DNA from: Gammaproteobacteria bacterium
GTDB taxonomy: Bacteria > Pseudomonadota > Gammaproteobacteria > CAJXQU01
NCBI GenBank assembly: GCA_965238175.1
Contig: CBDEGZ010000003.1
Span: 2,016,001 to 2,080,000, forward strand
Length of the DNA: 64,000 bases
Reading direction: 5' to 3'
A program made the translations under genes and the position numbers. How positions within the stretch are numbered: the first letter of the stretch is position 1; each line of letters opens with the position of its first letter. Below, piece after piece: positions 8,458 to 17,321 of the stretch. A model generated the notes under the pieces. The model did not search any database. It had not been told where the DNA came from and saw nothing but the letters and a program-made list of their open reading frames with translations.

Positions 8458-8951
8458 GGTGTTGTCTATTCAAGCACAAAAAAGATTAAAAGCAGTCATA
8501 TTTTTTATGCTTAACTCGTAGATAAATCGTGGAGGTAAGATAAAGCTTGGTTCTTTCAAAAAAACAGAATCATTCGTGCGAACAAAGAGGATTGTGATAC
8601 ATTTGAGAAATGAAATTTTATCTAGCAAATTTTCCTTCCTTGTGCTCATTGCTTAAAGACAGTAAAAAGTTTAGTCACGGAAAAACTGTAAAAAAGTAGT
8701 TTCAATAAAATAAACACTTAGTAAAAACAAAGGTCTTTTTATGATGTTACATCCTTTTTTAGTGGTTGCGTTGCTCTTTACTTGTTCTGTAATAGCAGCG
8801 GATCAGAAGCAGGTTGATCTTGTTTTACATGATGTGTCTATTAAAATGGATATTCCAGAAGGCTATATTGATTCCTCGGAGAAGAATGAACTTCCAAGTA
8901 GAATGCGATTACTAGAAACAAGAATGGTTGAACCTTGGAAAAAAGCAGGAG

Positions 8952-10056
8952 GGCGGTTTCAAGTTCCAAGTGCGCCATTAACGGCTTTCAAAAAGACCTC
9001 TTCCGGTGTTCGATAGTTGAGTGATTTACGAGGTCGTTGATTAATTAATGTAACGGCTTTTTTAATCTGCCTTTTTGTTACTTTACGGAAGTCCGTGCCT
9101 TTTGGAAAGTAACGTCGTAACAAGCCGTTGGTTTGCTCATTTGTACCACGCTCCCAAGGGGAGTATGGATGCGTAAAATAAACGGACATTTGTTTACTTT
9201 GTGCTATTTCATGATGCCGTACATTTTCACTACCATTGTCCAAAGTCAGTGTCTTACACAACGTCTCTGGAATGGATTTAAAACATTTCTTAGTGGCCAT
9301 GGTAAACGTATCTGCACAGCCATCCATTAATTTCTCAGCAAGCAAAAAACGACTCTTACGTTCGACATGCGTCGCTAATCCACCCCCGCCTTTGCATCCT
9401 TCAACCGTATCACCTTCCCAATCGCCCAGTCGGTTACGTCTGTCGACAACAGTAGGACGTTCTTCAATACAAACGCGGCCAGGGATATGGCTTCGCTTAC
9501 CTGCTGGGCGCTGTCGTTTACGTTTGTTATGTTGAGAGCTCAAGCAAGTATATAACTCACCTCCATCAAACGCATCTCGATAGATCCACTGATAAATACA
9601 TTCTGTACTGACGTACCTTTTAGTCGTTGTTCGTTTCAAATAACCGCTGATGGCATCGGGCGACCAATGTTGATGCAATGTTGATGTAAGTGTTTCTGAA
9701 CAAATTCGTAAAGAGATGCATTATCACGTTTTCGATAATGGCGAGCCTGTGTCTTACGAAGACAGGCTTGTCTATCAGCAAATTCGTTACAGTAAGATAA
9801 GTTTCGTAGGCGACCATTGCGTGTGACTTCTCGGGCAATGGTACTGTGGTGACGATTGAGACGTCGTCCAATGTCTCGATAGCTTAATCCCCAGTGCAAT
9901 AAATACATTAAGGTGTGACGTTCTTTTGCGCTAAAATGATGATAAGGCATGGCTTTTTCTCCAATAGAATAAGATCTCGACAATCTCATTCTAGCAAGAC
10001 GGAAAGTCATGTCTTTTTAATCACGGCTAGTGGCGCGCTTTGGAGTTGAAACCGCC
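8952..10056 (-). mobile_element. IS30-family element copy 1 (1105 bp)
   Basis: 26-bp IRs starting GGCGGTTTCAA (22/26 match); 3-bp target duplication GAG. Confidence 0.95.
8959..9950 (-). pseudogene. IS30 transposase frameshifted by an 11-bp tandem duplication
   Basis: HTH N-terminus and GDWEGDT/LTLDNGSE/PWERGTNE core lie in different frames; CAATGTTGATG x2 at 9665-9686. Confidence 0.9.
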
Positions 10057-10606
10057 GAGAAGTTAATGAAACTATTTTTATTTATGGCCTTGGTTTGCGA
10101 GATGTGTCTGAGGAAATAAAACGACAAAAGTTTGATGAGTTATTTAAATTTACGATCGATAAAGTTAAATATAAAATTAAGGGAAAGGCGTGGAGCATGC
10201 CTAAAGGAGAGATTAATCCGGAGGTAATAAATGACCTTTATAAGAACTCATTAGCTAAAAACGCATCTGAAATATATATTACTGAAAATACTGATCGTAA
10301 GAAGTCGTATTTAATTAAAACGAGTATCGCATTTCCAGGGGTGGTAAGTTATCCAATGTTTGAAGAGGTTTCTTTTGTACGAGCTAACAGTCGATTTGTT
10401 ATATTCCAGACGATACGAGTTGATATTGGTGCTTTTGAAAAAAGCGACCAAGTAGAGAAAGAAGTTCAGATTACTGGAAAAACTTTGCGCGCTAGCATTG
10501 TTAAGCTATCTAAAACACGTTAAAACTTATATTTAGGAAGTTTTTCCTAAACGCTAGGCGTACTTGAGCTACGCAAACAGGGCAATAGCAAGTTGAATGT
10601 TTTGCC

Positions 10607-10666
10607 CTATACCAAATCACTTAAATCGGATACAGCAAGCTGCCCCACTTAGTTCAAATGTTATGT
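10607..10666 (+). repeat. attC15 (degenerate, AAC>ACC)
   Basis: CTATACC...CAGC/GCTG...GTTATGT, located between two cassette ORFs. Confidence 0.65.
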
Positions 10667-10676
10667 GTAAATAAAA

Positions 10677-11159
10677 ATGAGACCTAGCGTTTATTTATAT
10701 AAAGAAAGCATTGGCGGAGTCGAGCTTTATCTTGGAGAGTTCTCAACTCTTCAAGGACTTTCCCTTTTGGAGCCTGAAGCGGAGTTACAATTAACTAACC
10801 TTAGTGCAACTTGCTACAAAGAGTTTGGCTGGGCGACAGAGAGGGACCTTCCTAAATTGAGTAATGTTAAAGCAGTAATTGCCTTTCTTAAAAATGAAGG
10901 TAATATTGGTATTGTCGAATTCGAGTCGGAATTACCTAATATAGGATCGCTTAGTACACATGATGACGGAGAGTGCCATTTTAGGCTCAAATCAAAGTCT
11001 CTAGCTATTTCTATTCTTACACAGGTGGCACCTGAAAAAGAAAGAGACGTACTTATAAATCAGTTGCTAAACAATCAGGATTTTTATATTACTTGCGACA
11101 ATTCTGGTGTTATTAATAAATTTGGTAGTTTTGATGATTACTTGGCAAACAACACATAA
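10677..11159 (+). CDS. Hypothetical cassette protein
   Basis: 160-aa ORF filling the cassette, stop codon in R''. Confidence 0.75.
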   Translation: MRPSVYLYKESIGGVELYLGEFSTLQGLSLLEPEAELQLTNLSATCYKEFGWATERDLPKLSNVKAVIAFLKNEGNIGIVEFESELPNIGSLSTHDDGECHFRLKSKSLAISILTQVAPEKERDVLINQLLNNQDFYITCDNSGVINKFGSFDDYLANNT

Positions 11160-11239
11160 TAAAACGGCCAATGATCGTACAGCAAAAACGCTGTGCTGGA
11201 CGCGCAAAAAGCCGCGAGTCCATTAGCAGGGAATTATGT
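11154..11239 (+). repeat. attC16 (non-canonical AAT/ATT core)
   Basis: ACATAAT...ACAGC/GCTGT...ATTATGT. Confidence 0.68.
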
Positions 11240-11254
11240 GAAAAACGGAGAATC

Positions 11255-11473
11255 ATGACTTTTACTAGTTGTTCTAGATGCAATGAATCACTTCATTTGA
11301 AAATCAACTCGTCTGAAGCAGCCAATGAATTGAGGAGTAAAGAAGATTCTGGAAAAATTCTTTGTATTCGCTGTTTTAAAACTAACAGCGAATACGATGT
11401 GGTCGAGGTAATATCAGCTAATGAAAGTGTACTCAATGCCCAGATAGGCGATAAGGGTGCAGCCACCAAATGA
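11255..11473 (+). CDS. Small Zn-ribbon-like cassette protein
   Basis: GGAG RBS, ATG at 11255, CSRC and CIRC motifs. Confidence 0.6.
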   Translation: MTFTSCSRCNESLHLKINSSEAANELRSKEDSGKILCIRCFKTNSEYDVVEVISANESVLNAQIGDKGAATK

Positions 11474-11480
11474 ATAAATC

Positions 11481-11546
11481 ACATAACAAAGTGTTGTTGT
11501 CGGAATTACTTGCTGGGCTCGCTCTCCGCAAAATGCGGCGTTTACT
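11481..11546 (+). repeat. attC17
   Basis: ACATAAC...GCGGCGTTTACT; matches the next cassette's end GGTAGTGAAC. Confidence 0.72.
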
Positions 11547-11558
11547 ACCTGGGGACAA

Positions 11559-12098
11559 ATGTTAGCGACCAAAAAAATTCCACAGTATGGTGACGATGCT
11601 GAGGAGTGGCCGAGGTTCCTTTATAAGGCTACTAGAGGATCAGCAAAAGCGACTTACATACTTTCTGATGCAGATATGGCCTACATGGTTGATTTAACTG
11701 GTGACCCTGAGTCACCGTCTACTCTTCATTTAGGTGATTATAAGAAGCTATTTTGCAAATCGTTTCCGAAGCTTCCGCCTTTGGCCACTGCCCAGCAGGT
11801 CATTGACTACGGAGTAAGAAATGGGTGGTTTAATTCTGGCTTTACAGCTTCTCACACAGCACTTAAGAGTGATGAGGAATATACAAATGCATGGAGTCGT
11901 AACGTGGAGCTCAATTGGGTAACGCTGGTCAATGACGCTATCGTTAATTGCTTAGATAACTGGAATCCAGAAAAAGCGATAGAGTATCTAGATATATCGG
12001 AATTAAATTACGATTCTTGTAAGGTAGTATCTGGAATGATTTTTTTATCGCTATCCTGGCCTGTGCCTTGCGGTAGTGAACAAGGCAAGGCAATCTGA
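11559..12098 (+). CDS. Hypothetical cassette protein
   Basis: 179-aa ORF reading into attC18. Confidence 0.65.
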   Translation: MLATKKIPQYGDDAEEWPRFLYKATRGSAKATYILSDADMAYMVDLTGDPESPSTLHLGDYKKLFCKSFPKLPPLATAQQVIDYGVRNGWFNSGFTASHTALKSDEEYTNAWSRNVELNWVTLVNDAIVNCLDNWNPEKAIEYLDISELNYDSCKVVSGMIFLSLSWPVPCGSEQGKAI

Positions 12099-12164
12099 CG
12101 GTTTAAAGCGTCTTTCCGCTTCACTACAATCAACTTTAAACCGCAGCTGCTTGCGACGTTAGGC
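12075..12164 (+). repeat. attC18
   Basis: AGTGAAC..GCAAG..CGGTTTAAAG/CTTTAAACCG..CTTGC..GTTAGGC. Confidence 0.85.
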
Positions 12165-12170
12165 AAATAT

Positions 12171-12464
12171 ATGGTCGATCATCCTTTTCAGGAGAAGCCT
12201 GAAACAATTGTCTTAGTTTGCTGCCATCTAATGAATGGTTCCAGCTTACATTGGGTGCATCATTTACCTGACGAACAATGCGTTTGGAATTTGATGTGCG
12301 CCGAAGAGCATAAGCAATCTGATATGGTTGAAAAAACACTAGCTGAGGCGTATCGTTTATTTCCAGAAATTAAGGAGCTTTCGGACGTACCAAAAAATAT
12401 GGATGTATCTTTCAAAAAAGGTAAAACGTCTGGAAAATGGTATGACTTTCACCGTAGTAAATGA
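12171..12464 (+). CDS. DUF2185/Imm33-like protein
   Basis: F-x-E-x-P-x-T-x-V-x-x-C-x-H, WxxMC..H, PEIKELSDVP, terminal W pattern. Confidence 0.5.
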   Translation: MVDHPFQEKPETIVLVCCHLMNGSSLHWVHHLPDEQCVWNLMCAEEHKQSDMVEKTLAEAYRLFPEIKELSDVPKNMDVSFKKGKTSGKWYDFHRSK

Positions 12465-12473
12465 ATTCGGCAT

Positions 12474-12575
12474 GCCTAACAAATTGCTCCTACTGACATT
12501 TTTTCCGTTGCTTCTTTTGTGCGTAATCGCACAAAAGCATCCACTCCAAAAATTCAGCAGAGCAAGGCGTTAGGA
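12474..12575 (+). repeat. attC19
   Basis: GCCTAAC..TTGCTC..TTTTGTGCG/CGCACAAAA..GAGCAA..GTTAGGA. Confidence 0.9.
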
Positions 12576-12579
12576 CATC

Positions 12580-12932
12580 ATGAATACAAGGTTAATAGCA
12601 CATGGCGAGGCCCAGTTTTGGGCACGCTAAGTCCTATATATGATTCTTTCCTGAAAATTGATGAGGAGTGCCCAGGCTCTTATAGTCTTGAATATGATTT
12701 ATCTCTCAGTAATGCAGCCGTATTAAAGGTCTGGTGCATAGATCTAAAGGCGGAGAAATTCATCCTTACAATTTATAACTTTGATGAAGCAATCTTGAAC
12801 ATAGAAAGCGCAGAGAAATTTATGCTGAAGCTGTATTACCTGATGGAAAACAATACCAGTTTAAACTTACCAGTGAGTAAGGTCAGTCCTAACAAGTGGG
12901 TCGTGTGGGACTGTGTTTGCCCCACACCCTAA
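12580..12932 (+). pseudogene. Cassette hypothetical protein, probable 5' frameshift
   Basis: The first ATG after attC19 (12580) is out of frame with the long open frame ending at 12932. Confidence 0.45.
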
Positions 12933-12941
12933 GCGTTATGC
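12887..12941 (+). repeat. attC20 (55 bp)
   Basis: TCCTAAC..GTGTGGG/CCCACAC..GTTATGC. Confidence 0.85.
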
Positions 12942-12957
12942 ATATTAAGGTTAAATA

Positions 12958-13314
12958 GTGAGTCTTAAAAAAGAGATTGAAAGGTATTCAAAATTAAACG
13001 GCTATGTCATATCAAGCTACGATGATATTACTTGTGCCTGTGGTAATAATGATTTTCATCTCTACTCAGATGATGATGAAGGCGGATCTTTTATTGCATG
13101 TGTGGTCTGTAAAACCGAGTGTGATATAGAAAATAGTCGTGAGTATATTGAAGAAGCTAAAAATAATATTTGTAACTGTGATAATGACAGTTTACATATT
13201 GGTATAGGTAAAGCTTATTATCCAAAATCAAATGAACCTCGATGGGTTTATGTCGGGGCGCACTGTGCTAAGTGTGGGTTAGACGGTGTATACGTAGACT
13301 GGAAACAAAGTTGA
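12958..13314 (+). CDS. Cys-rich (multi Zn-ribbon-like) cassette protein
   Basis: CACG, CVVC, CNC, CAKCG motifs; WVYVG..C..CG..GVYVDWK. Confidence 0.75.
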   Translation: MSLKKEIERYSKLNGYVISSYDDITCACGNNDFHLYSDDDEGGSFIACVVCKTECDIENSREYIEEAKNNICNCDNDSLHIGIGKAYYPKSNEPRWVYVGAHCAKCGLDGVYVDWKQS

Positions 13315-13321
13315 TAAAAGT

Positions 13322-13402
13322 GCATAACAAACACATTAAAAACCGACCACAAAAAACGTGGGTTGGATTCGCTAACGCCCACCTTTTATATGGGCGTTAT
13401 AT
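13322..13402 (+). repeat. attC21 (last of array)
   Basis: GCATAAC...CCAC/GTGG...GTTATAT. Confidence 0.8.
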
Positions 13403-13502
13403 TTTTGAGGTAGCTTCGCGTAAGTTTAGATGTTTTACAAAAGGATCAAAATCTTTATCGGTATACAATGGTGCCTTATGTTATCTAAATTAAAGTAGAC
13501 AA

Positions 13503-14666
13503 ATGCTTACTACACTTGCGATAAGTAATTATCGTTCATTGCTTAATCTCGCAATGCCATTGGATGAATTAAATGTAGTGACTGGAGCAAATGGTAGCGG
13601 TAAATCTAATTTGTATCGCTCACTCAGATTGCTAGCAGAAACCTCGCAAGGTGGTGTTGTAAATGCGCTAGCAAGAGAAGGGGGGCTTGGTTCAACTTTT
13701 TGGGCTGGGCCAGAAAAGATCACAAAAGGAATGCGCCGTGGTGACGTACCAATTCAGGGAACAAATAGATCATCTACTGTTCGATTGAAGTTAGGTTTTG
13801 CGAGTAAAGATTTTGGTTATGCCATTGAGCTTGGGTTACCAGAGCCTTCCAGTTCCATGTTCTCGCTTGATCCAGAAATAAAACGTGAATGTATTTGGGC
13901 AGGCCCAGTTTGTCGTCCTGCAAGTTTGCTGGTTGATCGAAAAGGTCCAATGCTTAAAGTTCGTTCAGGTAGAAGTTGGGAAGTTATTAATCAACACCTT
14001 AATACCTTCGATAGCCTTTTTATGCAGGCGGCAGATCCTGTTAAATCCCCAGAAATTTTTCAATTAAAGCATCTGATTCAGGACTGGCGTTTTTATGATC
14101 ATTTTCGTACTGATGCGGAAGCTCCAGCACGATTACCACAATTAGGTACACGGACTCCAGTATTACATCACGATGGTCGAGATCTGGCTGCCGCTTTGAG
14201 AACGATTATGGAAATAGGTGATCAAGAAGCACTCGGTGAAGCGATCAGTGATGCCTTTCCAGGTGCAAGACTTGAGATCACAAGTCAAGGAGATGGGCGA
14301 TTTGCTGTAGCACTTTACCAAGAAGGTTTGCTACGCCCTTTATCGGGATCAGAGTTATCCGATGGCACACTGCGTTACCTTTTATGGATAGCAGCTCTAC
14401 TCACACCAAGACCACCTTCGTTAATGATCCTTAACGAGCCAGAAACAAGTTTGCATCCTGATTTATTACCAGCCTTAGCTAGATTGATCATCAAAGCATC
14501 CGTTAATACACAAGTATGGGTGGTTTCTCATGCGAACAGGTTAATTGCAGCTTTGAATAAGGATCCCGAATGCCATTCTGTTGAGTTAGAAAAAGAACTA
14601 AGTGAAACACATATCGTTGGACAGTCTTTGCTTGTTGGACCTGCTTGGTCCTGGTCTGGAAAATAA
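13503..14666 (+). CDS. SMC/RecF-like ABC-type (AAA_21) ATPase
   Basis: ISNYRS, Walker A GANGSGKS, signature LSDGT, Walker B LMILNEPE, VSH. Confidence 0.88.
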   Translation: MLTTLAISNYRSLLNLAMPLDELNVVTGANGSGKSNLYRSLRLLAETSQGGVVNALAREGGLGSTFWAGPEKITKGMRRGDVPIQGTNRSSTVRLKLGFASKDFGYAIELGLPEPSSSMFSLDPEIKRECIWAGPVCRPASLLVDRKGPMLKVRSGRSWEVINQHLNTFDSLFMQAADPVKSPEIFQLKHLIQDWRFYDHFRTDAEAPARLPQLGTRTPVLHHDGRDLAAALRTIMEIGDQEALGEAISDAFPGARLEITSQGDGRFAVALYQEGLLRPLSGSELSDGTLRYLLWIAALLTPRPPSLMILNEPETSLHPDLLPALARLIIKASVNTQVWVVSHANRLIAALNKDPECHSVELEKELSETHIVGQSLLVGPAWSWSGK

Positions 14667-14677
14667 CGAAATATTCG

Positions 14678-15682
14678 TCATTCAAGTAGTTCAAAATAAA
14701 CCAATAGCGTTCGCTGAAAAATATTTTTATTATCATCACTGATCATAAAATATTTATTATCTTTATGATGTGCGAGTCCTTCAAAATTATCTATCTGCCA
14801 GCCTTTGGTTGATTCAAAAAGAGCAATCGTTTCTGTTGGGAGAATTTGATCTTTTTTAGTTAAATCTATTCGTCGAATAATCGATTGAATTGGTGCAATT
14901 ATATTAGTGTATTTTCTTTCCAGGATTATTACGGTTCCATCATTCGCAATTTCAAGATCGGTTAAGGAACTATCTTTAGGATGTTGTGGTTTAAATTTCC
15001 ATTCACCACCTTTGAGATCAAAAATCGAACGTAAATGTCGAGGTGCATTATCCAATGCTAATTGAGGTGCGGTTAGCATTCCAAGTTTCGGGTGGATTAT
15101 GACGGATTCTAGGGCGGCATTTTTGTATTGAAAATCATCAATTTTATTTAATTCTTTTGGTAGTTTATATTCACCCAGCTTTTCTCCTTGTGGATTAAAT
15201 CGATGAATTCTTGGCTTAACCTCAAATGAGATTATTAATTCCGCATCACCTTTAATACGATTATTTCCATTTAAAATATCAAGACCTTCAGAATCACTTT
15301 TCTTCCCTTTAAGGTTCTTACCGTCATTGTTTTTTAATGGGTAAGAATTGATTAGATCAACATTATTTAATATTTCGTATTCGTTGTTATTATCTTCAGT
15401 AATAAAAGAAGGGCGAAGGTGTAATAGAAAACCTTTATCTGAGATTGCGTAAAGAAGCTTATCATCTTTATCCCATGCAAGTCCCGACAACCCATGTGCT
15501 GCATATCCATTTACAGAAACGCTCGATAGATTTAGCGTGCCCAATAAACGAATCCCCATAAATTGATCGCCGGTTTTAAACTCTTTCGACATTTCTACGG
15601 GTGAGCCTATTGGTGTTGCACTGATAGTGGATATGAAAGAATCAAACCCGATCAAAAATAAAACTAGAAGTGTTTTTTTCAT
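14678..15682 (-). CDS. Esterase-like activity of phytase family protein
   Basis: GLSGL, ISDKG, DSEGL, DNFEGL, ISDDN...QRTLL. Confidence 0.85.
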   Translation of the reverse strand: MKKTLLVLFLIGFDSFISTISATPIGSPVEMSKEFKTGDQFMGIRLLGTLNLSSVSVNGYAAHGLSGLAWDKDDKLLYAISDKGFLLHLRPSFITEDNNNEYEILNNVDLINSYPLKNNDGKNLKGKKSDSEGLDILNGNNRIKGDAELIISFEVKPRIHRFNPQGEKLGEYKLPKELNKIDDFQYKNAALESVIIHPKLGMLTAPQLALDNAPRHLRSIFDLKGGEWKFKPQHPKDSSLTDLEIANDGTVIILERKYTNIIAPIQSIIRRIDLTKKDQILPTETIALFESTKGWQIDNFEGLAHHKDNKYFMISDDNKNIFQRTLLVYFELLE

Positions 15683-16644
15683 TTTGACATTTCTGCAAAA
15701 GCAGTTTTTATCACATCTGTATTAGCATTTGGTTTATGCGCGTTTTCGCTAATGTAACGACGCCATTTTTTCGCACCTGGTTCGCCTTGAAACAATCCAA
15801 GAATATGCCGTGACATATGTTTTAGATGAACATTTTTTTTTATTTGTTCATCCATATAGTTTATTATTTTTTCGACCACTTCTTTTCGAGTATTATTTTC
15901 TACATTTTGATCGTTGTAAAAAATTTTATCAGCTTCCGAAAGAAAGTAAGGATTGTGATATGCCTCTCGACCGATCATTACGCCATCGACTTTGCCTAAG
16001 TGATCATTAATTTCTTTGATAGTTTTTATGCCACCGTTAATAATAATTTCAAGTTCAGGGAAATCTTTTTTGATCTGGTAAACAACGTTATATTGTAGTG
16101 GTGGAATATGACGATTTTCTTTTGGACTAAGCCCTTTTAACCAGGCTGTTCTTGCATGCAAAATGAAAGTTTCACATCCAGCATTTGCAGATTTTTTTAT
16201 AAACTCAAAAAGTTCTTCATAAGAATCGCGATCATCTATACCGAGTCGCGTTTTTACTGTTACTGGGAGTTGAGTGTTTTTCATCATTGCGTGAACACAC
16301 TCTGCAACTAAATTAGGCTCTGCCATTAAACAAGCACCAAAACGTCCAGACTGGACTCTGTCACTTGGACAACCTACGTTGAGATTAATTTCATCGTATC
16401 CATAGTCGGTTGCAATGGTTGCACATTCTGCTAATTGAACTGGATCACTACCACCCAATTGAATTGCAACAGGATGTTCTTCAGCATTAAAGTTTAAAAA
16501 ACGATCACGATCGCCATGAATGATTGCTCCGCTGGTGATCATTTCGGTGTAGAGCAAGCTGTGCTTTGTGATCAAGCGCATGAAGTAACGATAGTGACGA
16601 TCACTCCAGTCCATCATCGGGGCGATTGAAACAAAATTATTCAT
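15679..16644 (-). CDS. dusA: tRNA-dihydrouridine synthase A
   Basis: APMMDWSDRH, NLNVGCPSDRVQSGRFGACLM, GLSPKENR. Confidence 0.95.
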   Translation of the reverse strand: MNNFVSIAPMMDWSDRHYRYFMRLITKHSLLYTEMITSGAIIHGDRDRFLNFNAEEHPVAIQLGGSDPVQLAECATIATDYGYDEINLNVGCPSDRVQSGRFGACLMAEPNLVAECVHAMMKNTQLPVTVKTRLGIDDRDSYEELFEFIKKSANAGCETFILHARTAWLKGLSPKENRHIPPLQYNVVYQIKKDFPELEIIINGGIKTIKEINDHLGKVDGVMIGREAYHNPYFLSEADKIFYNDQNVENNTRKEVVEKIINYMDEQIKKNVHLKHMSRHILGLFQGEPGAKKWRRYISENAHKPNANTDVIKTAFAEMSK

Positions 16645-17321
16645 AATGGGAATTGATAATTTTCTGCAAGTAGTGCAGCAGTAAAAGAAGTCCTCAGATA
16701 AAAACCTCTAGGCAGCGTTTTTACTGTATTTCCTGATTTTCCGGTAGCATCGGCAAGGGCATGACTATTTTCGGCCTTAGGTCTAATTTGTAATGCTTCG
16801 CCTAAATGGGCTGTGATTTGATCAAATTCACCTAGGCTGATCAGATCCATAAATTCTTCCCAGTCTGTTTTTAAAATTCTTTCTTGTTTAGAGTTGGGTG
16901 ACCATAATAGGGGTGATCCAATTTTACGTTGAGCTAATGTTTTTTTGTCATCGTATTCAATTGGGATCCATAGAACACGGGACAATTTTTTTTTAACTAA
17001 TGATGTTTCCCAAGTCATTCCTGTTGTATCTACCATAGGCACAGTACAAACGTGGGTTGTCTCCTTTGGTTTCATATTATTCTTGATTGGAATTGTTTTA
17101 AGTTCAACATTGATCAATTGGAAATCTGGCTCTGGTTTTGATCCGGCAGTTGCGCCTAAAGCTAGTTCTAATATTTCACCTATCCAACCTTTATTTCTGA
17201 GTAAGTTTTCGGGTGTTTTTTGATCTAAATTTTCTGCGAGTTGTTGAAGTGTAAGTCCCGCAATATTCCATGCTCGTTTTAACACTTCGCTCTCGCTTGT
17301 CGGAGGTGAAACTTTGATCAT
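16641..17321 (-). CDS. mutH: Mismatch-repair endonuclease MutH
   Basis: KGWIG..LE..LGATAGSKPEPDF, VELKTIP, LQIRPKA, PRGFYLR. Confidence 0.93.
   Translation of the reverse strand: MIKVSPPTSESEVLKRAWNIAGLTLQQLAENLDQKTPENLLRNKGWIGEILELALGATAGSKPEPDFQLINVELKTIPIKNNMKPKETTHVCTVPMVDTTGMTWETSLVKKKLSRVLWIPIEYDDKKTLAQRKIGSPLLWSPNSKQERILKTDWEEFMDLISLGEFDQITAHLGEALQIRPKAENSHALADATGKSGNTVKTLPRGFYLRTSFTAALLAENYQFPL

Larger units (their letters stand above)
8741..10523 (+). pseudogene. Exported cassette protein (224 aa when rejoined) interrupted by IS30
   Basis: Removing the IS and one GAG copy rejoins PWKKAG-E-VNETIFIYGLGLRDVSEE in frame; N-terminal signal peptide. Confidence 0.85.
638..13402 (+). mobile_element. 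Integron gene-cassette array, 21 attC sites, no intI in window
   Basis: Short ORFs each followed by a RYYYAAC...palindrome...GTTRRRY element; the R'' of most cassettes is complementary to that cassette's own GTT start. Confidence 0.95.

Noticed and set aside
1024-13402. CRISPR array
   Set aside because: Repeats are variable palindromes separated by gene-sized ORFs with attC cores; no cas genes
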